35,397 nt of DNA from Nannocystis pusilla (lineage in GTDB: Bacteria; Myxococcota_A; Polyangia; Nannocystales; Nannocystaceae): NCBI RefSeq assembly GCF_049337375.1, contig NZ_JBMPIV010000015.1; one strand, written 5' to 3'. Within the stretch, counting starts at the first letter, position 1. Each line of letters opens with the position of its first letter. The notes beneath the pieces are model-generated. The model made no database searches. It was not told the origin of the DNA and was given only the letters and a program-made list of their open reading frames with translations. This document shows, one piece after another, positions 17,314 to 25,463 of the stretch. Made by a program: the position numbers and the translations under genes.

Positions 17314-17865
17314 TCACTCCCGATCCGCTCCCGGTGGAAGACGGGGCGTTGCTTCGCGCTCCGACCTGTCGAGCTGGTTCGCAACCCTCCGAGTACGCGG
17401 GATGACCGCCGTGACGAGCAACGCGGCGACGCCGACGACCACGGCGACGAGCGTCACCGCCTTGCCGACGTTGAACACGGCGAGCGTGGCCATGATCAAG
17501 CTCAGAGCGGCCAGCGTGGCTGGAAGTGCTCGACCCGACGGCTCGGATGACGATATCGGAACTGGCATGGTCCCGACCGCGAGCGGCCGTCGACGTATCT
17601 CCTTGCGGATGTGTCGTTCCACGATACCCATGACCAGATACGGGTAGATCGTGCTTCCCGCGAGCAGCACCCAGACCGACAGCTGAAGCTGCGCAACGAG
17701 CAGAAAGAGCAGCGGTGTGACTGGCAAGGCAACCAGCGTCACGAGTGGCAACACTAGCCGTTGTCGCTCTCTGTCGTTCCAGAACCAGAGCGTCGGAAGA
17801 ACACCGAGCAACTGGGGCCGGTCCAGTAGAGAGCGATGAACAGGAGGATCTTGGTTGCGTTGCAT
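17314..17865 (-). CDS. hypothetical membrane protein (about four TM helices), lower GC with atypical A/T-ending codons
   Basis: Start at M172 of ORF 17314..18378 (MQRNQDPP…); hydrophobic segments; codons such as caa, cct, gtt, cta, ttg, aga unusual for this genome. Confidence 0.45.
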   Translation of the reverse strand: MQRNQDPPVHRSLLDRPQLLGVLPTLWFWNDRERQRLVLPLVTLVALPVTPLLFLLVAQLQLSVWVLLAGSTIYPYLVMGIVERHIRKEIRRRPLAVGTMPVPISSSEPSGRALPATLAALSLIMATLAVFNVGKAVTLVAVVVGVAALLVTAVIPRTRRVANQLDRSEREATPRLPPGADRE

Positions 17866-17990
17866 CCGGCGCTGAAATCGATGCTCACCACGGAGCCGCG
17901 TCCCTCGAGGAGCTCGATCTCGACGTGGTCGCCTGAGCACGACGCATGAAGCTGAGTACGCCCGAGGGTCCCCGTGAGTCCGGTGACCGG

Positions 17991-18416
17991 TCAGTGCGGG
18001 CCGGAGGTCGGTTCGACGCGGACGCAGGTGCCCTCGGCGCCCTCGCGGACGAACTTGGCCAGCAGGGCCTCCATCTCGACGCGGGTGCCCTGCGCGAGGG
18101 CGTCGAGGCGCGTGCGGGCGACGGCCGGCGAGAGGCCCAGCATGTCGCGGAGGGCCTGCAGGACGCGGATCGGTCGCGGGCCGAGGCTGGTGAGGCGGAC
18201 GATCCACGAGCCGTTGGTGGCCAGGACGGCCGCTCGCGCGGCCGAGTCCCCGGCGTTGCTGTCCGACTCGAGCGAGAGGCCGCAGGCGAGGCAGCGGATC
18301 GCGGTGGACCAGCGGACCCCGTCGTCGCGGCGGGCGACGGTGTGATGCACGGTCACGCCGGTGCCGCACTGGGGACACCGGGCGGACGTGGTCGCGTGTT
18401 CACGCGTGACCGACAC
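17991..18416 (-). CDS. zinc-ribbon protein with ribosomal L7/L12 C-terminal-like domain
   Basis: CPQCG…CLACG zinc ribbon; C-terminus RPIRVLQALRDMLGLSPAVARTRLDALAQGTRVEMEALLAKFVREGAEG resembles the L7/L12 C-terminal fold. Confidence 0.55.
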   Translation of the reverse strand: MSVTREHATTSARCPQCGTGVTVHHTVARRDDGVRWSTAIRCLACGLSLESDSNAGDSAARAAVLATNGSWIVRLTSLGPRPIRVLQALRDMLGLSPAVARTRLDALAQGTRVEMEALLAKFVREGAEGTCVRVEPTSGPH

Positions 18417-18420
18417 GGCG

Positions 18421-20316
18421 CTAGGAGGCGGGGACGGGCTCGGCCCCGAGGTCGCGGGCGAGGTCGGCGAGCTCGCCGATCGGGACCTGCAGCGCGGGCA
18501 GACGGGTGATGTCGGCCCGCGCGGCCTGGGCGATCGACTCGCTGGCGCGCATGATGAGGCCGCCGTTGGCGTCGGCGACGACGGTGTAGCCGGCCTTGCG
18601 CAGGCGGGCGAGCCGGGCCTGGGCGGCGGGGGTGAGGTCGGTGGCGGTGATGCGCAGGGATGGCACGCGGCCGGGCCAGAGGGCGGCGAGGTAGGCGGTG
18701 ATCCGCGGCGGGTAGACGACGCCGCCGGCTGTCTTTTCGTTCAGGTGGACGTCGACCAGCGCGGGGTAGCCGTGCACGTCGCAGCGGACCGCCCCGTGCA
18801 AGTGGCTGGTCCACATCGCCTCGGGGCTGACGGGCGCGGGCCACAGGCGGTCGAACCACGCGGCGATGGCGTCGTAGCTGGGGAGGCGCTGGCCGCCGAG
18901 CGCGTCGCCCAGGCGCTGGACCTCGGCGCCGAACCGCTCGCCGCGCTCCTCCCGGCGCAGGCGCAGGAGGATGGCGAGGACGGCGATGGCGATGGCGGCG
19001 TACCACAGGCCGAACAGCAGCAGCCCGCCGCAGACGATGGCGGCGAACAGGAGGCCGAGGCCGCCGTCGCGGACCTGTTGCTGGCGCCGCTCGTCGGCGT
19101 GGCGCGCCAGGAGGGCGCGGCGAGCGACCGCGAGGGCGCTGGCGGGGATCCGGCCCTCCGGCTCGGGGCCGGCGAGGTCGGGGCGATCGGGGAGGAAGGA
19201 GCGGACGGCGGCGATCAGGTCCCGGGTCGCGGGCGAGGCGGGGCTGTCGGCGGGCTCGCGCACCGCGGCGACCACCAGCGGCGCCTCGGCCAGACCGCCG
19301 GGCGGGGCCGCCAGCCCCGCCGTGGCCGAGGGGGTGCTGAGGCTGGCGCCGGAGCGGTTGGAGAGGATCGCCAGGAGCGAGGAGTTCGACGGGCTCATCG
19401 CGGCGCCCGGGAGGGTGTCGCTGGCGGCCGTCCGCGCGGCCGGGTCGCGGGCGAGGCTGGCCCCGAGGCCAGGTGCCTGCTCGCGCGGGGCGGGCAAGGG
19501 GCCGGACAGCGCGGCGGGGTCGAAGCCGGGAGCGACCGCGGTGCGGAGGCCCGGCGCGGCGGGTGAGCTGTCTGCAGGGACAGGTGATGAGGAGGCGCGG
19601 AGGGCGGCGAGGTGGCTGTCCGAAGGGACAGATGATGGCCGGCTGTCCGTGGGGACAGGCGGGGATCGCGTGGCCGCGGGGTCGAGGTCATGGCTGTCCG
19701 TGGGGACAGGCGGCCGGTGGCTGTCCGCAAGGGCAGGTTGATGGAGGCTGTCCGCAAGGACAGGCGCATCGACGGGCAGGGACAGCTGGGCCGGCTCCGG
19801 CGCGGCGTCGTGCCCGTGGGCGGCCAGGCCCGCGGCCGGCTCGGCCGACAGGGGGCCGGGGCGGGCGTCGGCCCAGCGGCCGGGGCGGGGGCCCTGCAGG
19901 GTGTCGCCGGGCTCGGGGGCGGCGAGCGGAGCGTTGCTGTCTCTCAGGACAGGTCGCAGGGGAGCCGGGACGGCGGGCGGCGGGGCCGGGCCGATCGAGA
20001 GCAGGGTGGTCGGCGGGACGGGCGCGGCGAGCAGCCTGGCCGAGGGCCCGGGCTGGTGGCGCGCGTGGAGCCGCGGGCTCGGCGGCGGGGCCTTGGCGTC
20101 GGGTTCGGGGCTGACCTTCGGGACAGGTGCGCTGTGGACCAGGTCGCTGACGGCCTGCTGGATCGCCCGCTCGTAGAGGGCCAGAGCGTCGGCGACGGCC
20201 GGCGGCAAGCCGTGGGGCTGCCGGCAGGCGGGGCAGTCGGCGGCGTCGCGGAGGTCGGCGAGCGAGAGCGCGTGCTGGCAATGCGGGCAGCGCAACGCGA
20301 GCGTCGGAGAGAGCAC
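18421..20316 (-). CDS. membrane-anchored protein: N-terminal zinc ribbon (CPHCQ…CPAC), long Pro-rich linker containing a six-unit repeat array, one TM helix, C-terminal globular domain of unknown function; 5' end uncertain (GTG 20316 or TTG 20295; the ORF opens at 20754)
   Basis: C-terminal ~220 aa non-repetitive and protein-like (…FDRLWPAPVSPEAMWTSHLHGAVRCDVHGYPALVDVHLNEK…); 4-nt gap to the downstream gene suggests an operon. Confidence 0.5.
   Translation of the reverse strand: MLSPTLALRCPHCQHALSLADLRDAADCPACRQPHGLPPAVADALALYERAIQQAVSDLVHSAPVPKVSPEPDAKAPPPSPRLHARHQPGPSARLLAAPVPPTTLLSIGPAPPPAVPAPLRPVLRDSNAPLAAPEPGDTLQGPRPGRWADARPGPLSAEPAAGLAAHGHDAAPEPAQLSLPVDAPVLADSLHQPALADSHRPPVPTDSHDLDPAATRSPPVPTDSRPSSVPSDSHLAALRASSSPVPADSSPAAPGLRTAVAPGFDPAALSGPLPAPREQAPGLGASLARDPAARTAASDTLPGAAMSPSNSSLLAILSNRSGASLSTPSATAGLAAPPGGLAEAPLVVAAVREPADSPASPATRDLIAAVRSFLPDRPDLAGPEPEGRIPASALAVARRALLARHADERRQQQVRDGGLGLLFAAIVCGGLLLFGLWYAAIAIAVLAILLRLRREERGERFGAEVQRLGDALGGQRLPSYDAIAAWFDRLWPAPVSPEAMWTSHLHGAVRCDVHGYPALVDVHLNEKTAGGVVYPPRITAYLAALWPGRVPSLRITATDLTPAAQARLARLRKAGYTVVADANGGLIMRASESIAQAARADITRLPALQVPIGELADLARDLGAEPVPAS
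19568..19770. repeat. array of six GCTGTCCGNNGGGACAGG(T/C)G units with irregular 27-51 bp spacing, encoding PVPTDS(H/R)-type peptide repeats in the linker of the 18421..20316 protein; more copies at 19935-19955 and 20108-20140
   Basis: read directly from the sequence. Confidence 0.8.
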
Positions 20317-20692
20317 GGCGGGACCATACCGCAGAACACGGGCGGCGGACCGGCCTGCGGGCGCGGGCGTGGGCGCGCAGGCGGAGGGGGCGGGCCGGGA
20401 GCGACGACGGCGGGTGTCGGCGGCGAGATCGCCGAGCGGGCTCGTCGGTGGCGACGGTCCCGAGCGCGGTCGAGATCGCGGCGGGGCGCGTGACGAGATC
20501 GACAGGGTCGGGCGGTGAGGTCGGTCCGCGAGGCGGGACGCAGTTCGTGGGTGGGGAGCCGGTAGCGGCGCCGTGCGGCCGGGACCGCGGAGCGGTGACG
20601 GGGCGGCGCCGGGCGCGGGCGAGGATGCGCGCGGCGGCGACTCGCGGTATGAGGAGGCGCCGCGCGCGACCGGCGGGCGGCGAGCTTTTACC

Positions 20693-23404
20693 GTGCCCGA
20701 TCTGCCCGTCTCGCCTCCTTCGCCCCGCGGCCTCGATCTCCCCGGCGCCGCCACTCAATTCGCGCCGCTCGTCGACGAGCGGCTGGCCAACGGCGCCCGC
20801 CTGCTGATCCTGCCCGGGCGACCGGCCGGGGCCGGGCCGGCGGCGGTGCAGCTGTGGGTCGGCTCGGGCACGGCGGCCGAGCGAGAGGACGAGCACGGCT
20901 GCGCCCACCTGCTCGAGCACATGCTCTTCAAGCCATGTGTTTTGGGACATGGCCCGAAGAGCAACCGCGCGCGCCTGGCTGCGGCCGGGGTGCGGCGGGC
21001 CGAGGAGGCGTTCGACCTGGCGGGCGCGATCGAGGCGCTCGGCGGCGACATCAACGCGTTCACCAGCCACGACGAGACGGTGGTCCACGTGACTACGCCG
21101 GCGGCCCGCGCGGCCGAGGCGGCGGCGCTGGTGGCCACCGCGACGCTGTTCCCGACGCTCGACCCGGCCACGCTGGGGCAGGAGCGCGAGGTGGTGATCG
21201 AGGAGATCAAGCAGTACGACGACGATCCGGGCCAGCGGGTGACGCAGGCGGCGCTGTCGCGGGTGTACGGGGCGCACGCGTACGCGCGGCCGGTGCTCGG
21301 CCTGGCGGAGGAGGTCGCGGGGCACTCGGCGGCGCGGCTGCGCGGGTATCACCGGCGGGCCTACGCCGGCGAGCGGCTGACTCTGGTGGCGGTCGGCGCG
21401 GTCGACGTGGCGGCGCTGCGCAAGGTGGCGCGGGCGATCGTCGGCGCGCTGCCGGCGGCCAAGAGGCGCGCGACGGCGGGCGAGCCGGCGGCGAAGCCGG
21501 GGGTGACGCTGCGCCGCGCCGAGGTCCAGGAGACCTACGCGCTGCTGGCCTGGCCGGCCCCGGCGGCGGGCGCGGCCGAGGCGGCGGCGATCGACGCGGC
21601 GGCGGTGGTGCTCGGCAACGGCGAGTCGTCGCGCCTGGTCGCCGAGACACGTCGCAAAGAACAGGTCGTCTCGGACATCCAGGCCCACTGCGACACGCTG
21701 CGCCACGGCGGGACGGTGATGGTGTCGGCGCGCACGACCGCGGGCCAGACGGCGGCGGCGGTGGCGGCGGTGCTGGCCCAGGTGCGGCGGCTGGCGGACG
21801 CGCCGGTGTCGGCCGAGGAGCTGGCGCGGGCCAAGGCGATCCTCGAGAGCGACCTGGTGTACCGGCGCGAGACGGTGCAGGGCCAGGCCCACGCGCTCGG
21901 GGCCTGCGCGACGCTGTTCGGCGACCTGGCCCGCGAGCGCGAGTACTACGCGGCCCTGGCGGCGCTGACGCCCGAGGCGGTCCGCTCGGCCTGCGCGCGC
22001 TGGCTCGACCCGGCGCGCGCGAGCGTCAGCCTCGAGCTGCCGCGCGCGGAGGTGGATGTCCAAACGGCCAGGTCGATCAAGGCCGCGGTGGCCGAGGCGC
22101 TGAAGCCGGCGCCGACGCCGGGGCGCGCCGGGGCGACGCCGCGCCGGGCCAGCGACGGGATCGAGACGGTGACCCTGGCGTGCGGGCTGCGCCTGCTGGC
22201 GCGGGTCGAGCCGGCGGTGCCGGTGGCGGCGGGCTGGCTGATCTGGCCGGGCGGGCTGCGGCGCGAGCCGGCGGCGCTGGCCGGCGCGAACTCGGTGATC
22301 GCGGCGCTGCTGACCCGCGGCAACGCCCGCACCGGCGGCGAGGCGCTGAGCCGGGCGATCGACGGGATGGCCGCGGGGCTCGACGGCTTCGCCGGCCGCA
22401 ACAGCCTGGGCCTGCACTTCGAGTGCCTGAGCCGCCACTTCCCGGCGGTGCTCGGGCACGCGCTCGACTGCGCGACGACACCGAAGTTCGCGGCCGACGA
22501 GCTCGAGGAGGAGCGGCGGGTGGCGCTGCAAGATCTGGCGGCCGAGGTCGACGACCCGGGCGCGGTGGCCAGCCGCGGGCTCAACGCGCTGCTGTACGGC
22601 GAGCACCCGTTCAGCCGCCCGGGCCGCGGCACGCCGGCCGGCCTGCGGGCGCTGACGCCGGCCAAGCTGCGGGGGCTGTGGCGCCGCGACTACCCGATCG
22701 GGCAGGCGGTGCTGGCCCTGGCCGGCGACATCGACGTCGCGGCGGCGGCGGCTCAGGTCGAGGCGGCGCTGCGCGAGGCTGGCCTCGGGGACAGGCTGTC
22801 TGAAGGGCCAGGTGCGCCGAAGAAGTTCGCGGCGCCGACCGGGCCGCGCGAGCGCGAGATCTTCCAGGACCGCGAGCAGGCCCACATCGCCCTCGGCTGG
22901 CCGGGCATCGCCGTGGGCGACGAGCGCGAGCCGACCCTCGACGTGCTCAGCGCGGTGCTCGGCGGCCAGACCGGGCGGCTGTTCACGGCGCTGCGCGAGG
23001 TCCAGGGGCTGGTGTACGAGGTGTCGATGAGCAGCGTCGAGGGCCTCGACGCCGGCCACGTGGCGATCCACGCGTCGACGAGCCAGGACAAGCTGCCGAA
23101 GGCGATGGCCGCGATCGCGGCGGAGGTCGAGCGCGCGGTGCGAGAGCCGCCGTCGGCGGCGGAGGTCGAGCGCGCCAAGGCGTGGCTGGTCGGCCAGTTC
23201 GAGCTCGGCCAGCAGCGCCGCAGCCGGATGGCGTCGCTGCTGGCGCTGTCCGAGGTCTACGGGCTGCCGCGCGCGCGCGCGTTCGCGTACCCGCAGCGGG
23301 TCGCGGCGGTGACCGCCGAGGGGGTGTGGGCGCTGGCGAGGACGCTGTTCCGCCCGCAACGCGCGGCCCGCTGCGTGGTCCGGGCGCGCCGGCGCAAGGG
23401 CTGA
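20693..23404 (+). CDS. two-unit M16-family (pitrilysin-like) zinc metallopeptidase carrying an 18-aa in-frame insertion right after the HxxEH motif
   Basis: HLLEHMLFK…DINAFTSHDETVVHV plus second M16 unit; GTG 20693 start is an inference (the ORF opens at 20573). Confidence 0.75.
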   Translation: MPDLPVSPPSPRGLDLPGAATQFAPLVDERLANGARLLILPGRPAGAGPAAVQLWVGSGTAAEREDEHGCAHLLEHMLFKPCVLGHGPKSNRARLAAAGVRRAEEAFDLAGAIEALGGDINAFTSHDETVVHVTTPAARAAEAAALVATATLFPTLDPATLGQEREVVIEEIKQYDDDPGQRVTQAALSRVYGAHAYARPVLGLAEEVAGHSAARLRGYHRRAYAGERLTLVAVGAVDVAALRKVARAIVGALPAAKRRATAGEPAAKPGVTLRRAEVQETYALLAWPAPAAGAAEAAAIDAAAVVLGNGESSRLVAETRRKEQVVSDIQAHCDTLRHGGTVMVSARTTAGQTAAAVAAVLAQVRRLADAPVSAEELARAKAILESDLVYRRETVQGQAHALGACATLFGDLAREREYYAALAALTPEAVRSACARWLDPARASVSLELPRAEVDVQTARSIKAAVAEALKPAPTPGRAGATPRRASDGIETVTLACGLRLLARVEPAVPVAAGWLIWPGGLRREPAALAGANSVIAALLTRGNARTGGEALSRAIDGMAAGLDGFAGRNSLGLHFECLSRHFPAVLGHALDCATTPKFAADELEEERRVALQDLAAEVDDPGAVASRGLNALLYGEHPFSRPGRGTPAGLRALTPAKLRGLWRRDYPIGQAVLALAGDIDVAAAAAQVEAALREAGLGDRLSEGPGAPKKFAAPTGPREREIFQDREQAHIALGWPGIAVGDEREPTLDVLSAVLGGQTGRLFTALREVQGLVYEVSMSSVEGLDAGHVAIHASTSQDKLPKAMAAIAAEVERAVREPPSAAEVERAKAWLVGQFELGQQRRSRMASLLALSEVYGLPRARAFAYPQRVAAVTAEGVWALARTLFRPQRAARCVVRARRRKG
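20924..20977 (+). repeat. 54-bp element-derived in-frame insertion (CCATGTGTTTTGGGACATGGCCCGAAGAGC…) encoding PCVLGHGPKSNRARLAAA inside the M16 peptidase
   Basis: compared with the canonical HxxEHMxFKGT spacing recalled from MPP-beta and pitrilysin; atypical codons tgt gtt ttg gga cat. Confidence 0.6.
22787..22816. repeat. repeat-family copy (GGGGACAGGCTGTCTGAAGGGCCAGGTGCG) in-frame in the M16 inter-unit linker
   Basis: read directly from the sequence. Confidence 0.55.
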
Positions 23405-23429
23405 GCCCCTGTTCTCCGCGACAGGTCGA

Positions 23430-23459
23430 GAGTGACATGTCCCCGGGGACATGTCACTC
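23430..23459. repeat. perfect 30-bp palindrome GAGTGACATGTCCCC|GGGGACATGTCACTC built from the repeat core, filling the convergent gap between the M16 gene and the next gene
   Basis: reverse complement equals itself, checked base by base. Confidence 0.9.
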
Positions 23460-23468
23460 GGGCCATGG

Positions 23469-23897
23469 TCAATCGTCGTCGGGCTCGACGTCCGGGTGGG
23501 CGACCCGGCGCGCGCCGGCGACCGTGAGGTACTCGTCGCGGTCGCGCAGGCGGTCGACTCGCAGGTCGCCGCCGACGTAGAACTCGGTCTCGAAGATGGC
23601 GAGCTCGCGGGCGACGAGGTCGCCGAGGACGACCGCGCACATCAGGCGGTCGGACACGCAGAGGTCGCCGCGCACCGTGAGGCTGCCGGTGACGACGATG
23701 GTGCCGATGTCGTCGGGGGCGGCGGCGAGCTGCAGCTGCGACCAGTGCTCGTCGCCGAGCCAGGCGTCGCCCTCGACGGTGAGGTCGCCCTCGTAAACGG
23801 CGCAGGCGCAGCCGTAGCGGCCGCCCGAGGCGAGGCGGGCGAAGGTGCCGTGGCGGCGGTCGAGCTCGGCTTCGCTGATGACGACGGGCTTCAGCAC
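23469..23897 (-). CDS. hypothetical protein with a beta-helix/bactofilin-like periodic pattern (GDLTVEGDAWLGD…TGSLTVRGDLCVSD…VGGDLRVD)
   Basis: GTG start at 23897; the ORF's upstream extension to 23957 is encoded by a repeat copy at 23950-23991 (GAGGACATGTTGGATAGAACATGGCGAAAGGGTCATGTTCGA). Confidence 0.45.
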   Translation of the reverse strand: MLKPVVISEAELDRRHGTFARLASGGRYGCACAVYEGDLTVEGDAWLGDEHWSQLQLAAAPDDIGTIVVTGSLTVRGDLCVSDRLMCAVVLGDLVARELAIFETEFYVGGDLRVDRLRDRDEYLTVAGARRVAHPDVEPDDD

Positions 23898-24163
23898 GCG
23901 GCGAGTCTGGCACGCCGCGGGGGCGCTGTCACGGCGCCAGCGTGGCCAAGAGGACATGTTGGATAGAACATGGCGAAAGGGTCATGTTCGATGCGACGCG
24001 CGAGGTCGGCGTGGACCGTGGAGGGTGCCGGCCCTGCTGGCAGGCTGCGCCGAGCGCTGCCTGCTCGTCGAGGGCGCGGGTCGATGGGACGAGGGGGGCA
24101 TGGCTCCTCCGCGACCGGCGACGGAGTCCGGCGTGGACGTCTGATCTTTAAAATAAGCTGTCC

Positions 24164-24379
24164 TCAGGGCCAGTCGTCGAGGTCGAGGCCGCGGGCCAGC
24201 TCGGCGTCGCCGGCCAGCAGATCGCGCAGGGTCGCCTCGCGCACGCCGAGGGCGCGGGCGCCGGCGCTCACGCTGCACTGGGCCGCCAGGACCGCCCGGA
24301 CCTCGCGGCGAAAGGCGAGCGGGTCGGCGCGGCGGAGGGCCAGGAGCAACGGCTCGCGGGGCTCGGCGGGCAAGGTCAC
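24164..24379 (-). CDS. possible small Fis-type HTH protein (…VSAGARALGVREATLRDLLAG…); its last eight codons and stop are supplied by a repeat copy (TTTAAAATAAGCTGTCCTCAGGGCCAG, 24148-24176)
   Basis: tail of ORF 24164..25237; GTG start; weak. Confidence 0.3.
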   Translation of the reverse strand: MTLPAEPREPLLLALRRADPLAFRREVRAVLAAQCSVSAGARALGVREATLRDLLAGDAELARGLDLDDWP

Positions 24380-24523
24380 GCGCGAGGACTGTAGCGCTTG
24401 TCGCGGCCGGGGCGGAGCGCGGCGAAGCAGAGGCCGTGGCGCTCGTCGCAGCGGGGACGCGCGGGCCGAAGCAGAGGCTGGGGCGCTTGTCGCGGCTGGG
24501 GCAGACGTGCTGAAGTGGCGTCG

Positions 24524-25147
24524 ATGTCGGGGCGACGGATCGGCGCGTGGATGTTGCTGGGGCTGCTGCTGGGCGGGTGCGACCCGGCGAAGGAGAGGGA
24601 GCTGGCGGCGGTGCGGGCGGAGCTGGCGGCGACGTCGGCGCTGGTCAAGGAGCAGGGCCAGCGGATCGAGTCGCTGACGAGCGAGCTGGCGAAGGCGCGG
24701 GCCGATCGGGTCCTGTGCGAGGTCGATCGGTCTCCGCCCGGTGGGGCCGGCGACGCTCCGCCAGCGCCGGCGACGGACGCTCCGCCAGCAGGAGAGGCGA
24801 CGCCGACGCTGTCGCCGACGTGCGCCGAGGGGACCTGCGTGGTGAAGCGCAGCGAGCTCGAGGCGTTCATGGCGGCGCCCGAGGCGATGGCCCGGCTGGC
24901 GCGCGTGCTCCCGGCGATGGAGGACGGCAAGGCGGTCGGCTTCAAGCTGTTCGCGATCCGCTCCGAGTCGCCGCTGGCGCTGCTGGGTTTTAAAAATGGG
25001 GACCTGGTGCGCACCGTGGCCGGGCGAGCGGTGGGTGACATGGAGGCGTTGCTGCAAGCGTACTCGCAGCTGCGCACGCTCGACCGCTGGACGGTCACGG
25101 GTACGCGCAAGAGCGGGCCGTTCGAGGTGACGATCGCGGTGCAATGA
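24524..25147 (+). CDS. lipoprotein with coiled-coil segment and C-terminal PDZ/GspC-like domain
   Basis: MSGRRIGAWMLLGLLLGGCD lipobox; C-terminus …FKLFAIRSESPLALLGFKNGDLVRTVAGRAV… is PDZ-like. Confidence 0.65.
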   Translation: MSGRRIGAWMLLGLLLGGCDPAKERELAAVRAELAATSALVKEQGQRIESLTSELAKARADRVLCEVDRSPPGGAGDAPPAPATDAPPAGEATPTLSPTCAEGTCVVKRSELEAFMAAPEAMARLARVLPAMEDGKAVGFKLFAIRSESPLALLGFKNGDLVRTVAGRAVGDMEALLQAYSQLRTLDRWTVTGTRKSGPFEVTIAVQ

Positions 25148-25228
25148 GAAGACTGTCCGAAGGGACAGGTGGTCGTGGCGAGCCGGTCGGTCGAGGCGAG
25201 AAGACTGTCTGAAGGGACAGGTGGCGGC
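25148..25228. repeat. two direct copies (54-bp period) of GAGAAGACTGTC(C/T)GAAGGGACAGGTGG filling the convergent gap between the PDZ lipoprotein and XRE genes
   Basis: read directly from the sequence. Confidence 0.85.
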
Positions 25229-25233
25229 GGCCG

Positions 25234-25440
25234 TCACTTCGCGTCGGGGTCGAACTGAAACACGGCCTCGAGCGGGACCGCGAAGGCGAGGGCGATCCGG
25301 AAGGCCACCTCGAGCGAGGGGGCGTACTTGCCGCCCTCGATCGCGTTGACGGTCTGGCGGCTGACGCCGATCCGCTCGGCCAGCTCCTGCTGCGTCATCT
25401 CGCCGCGCTCGAAGCGGAGCTGGCGGATCCGGTTCTTCAC
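25234..25440 (-). CDS. XRE-family helix-turn-helix transcriptional regulator (68 aa)
   Basis: VKNRIRQLRFERGEMTQQELAERIGVSRQTVNAIEGGKYAPSLEVAFRIALAF; GTG start. Confidence 0.7.
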   Translation of the reverse strand: MKNRIRQLRFERGEMTQQELAERIGVSRQTVNAIEGGKYAPSLEVAFRIALAFAVPLEAVFQFDPDAK

Positions 25441-25463
25441 GCTGCCGCGCGCGGGCTCCACGG

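Noticed and set aside
21643-21685. A/T-ending codon patch in the M16 gene (ETRRKEQVVSDIQ) suspected to be a second in-frame element insertion
   Set aside because: Alignment by eye to canonical M16 (SRLFQEVREKRGLAYSVYS…) shows no length difference and a conserved R-x-K. There is no palindromic core. Treated as native sequence.
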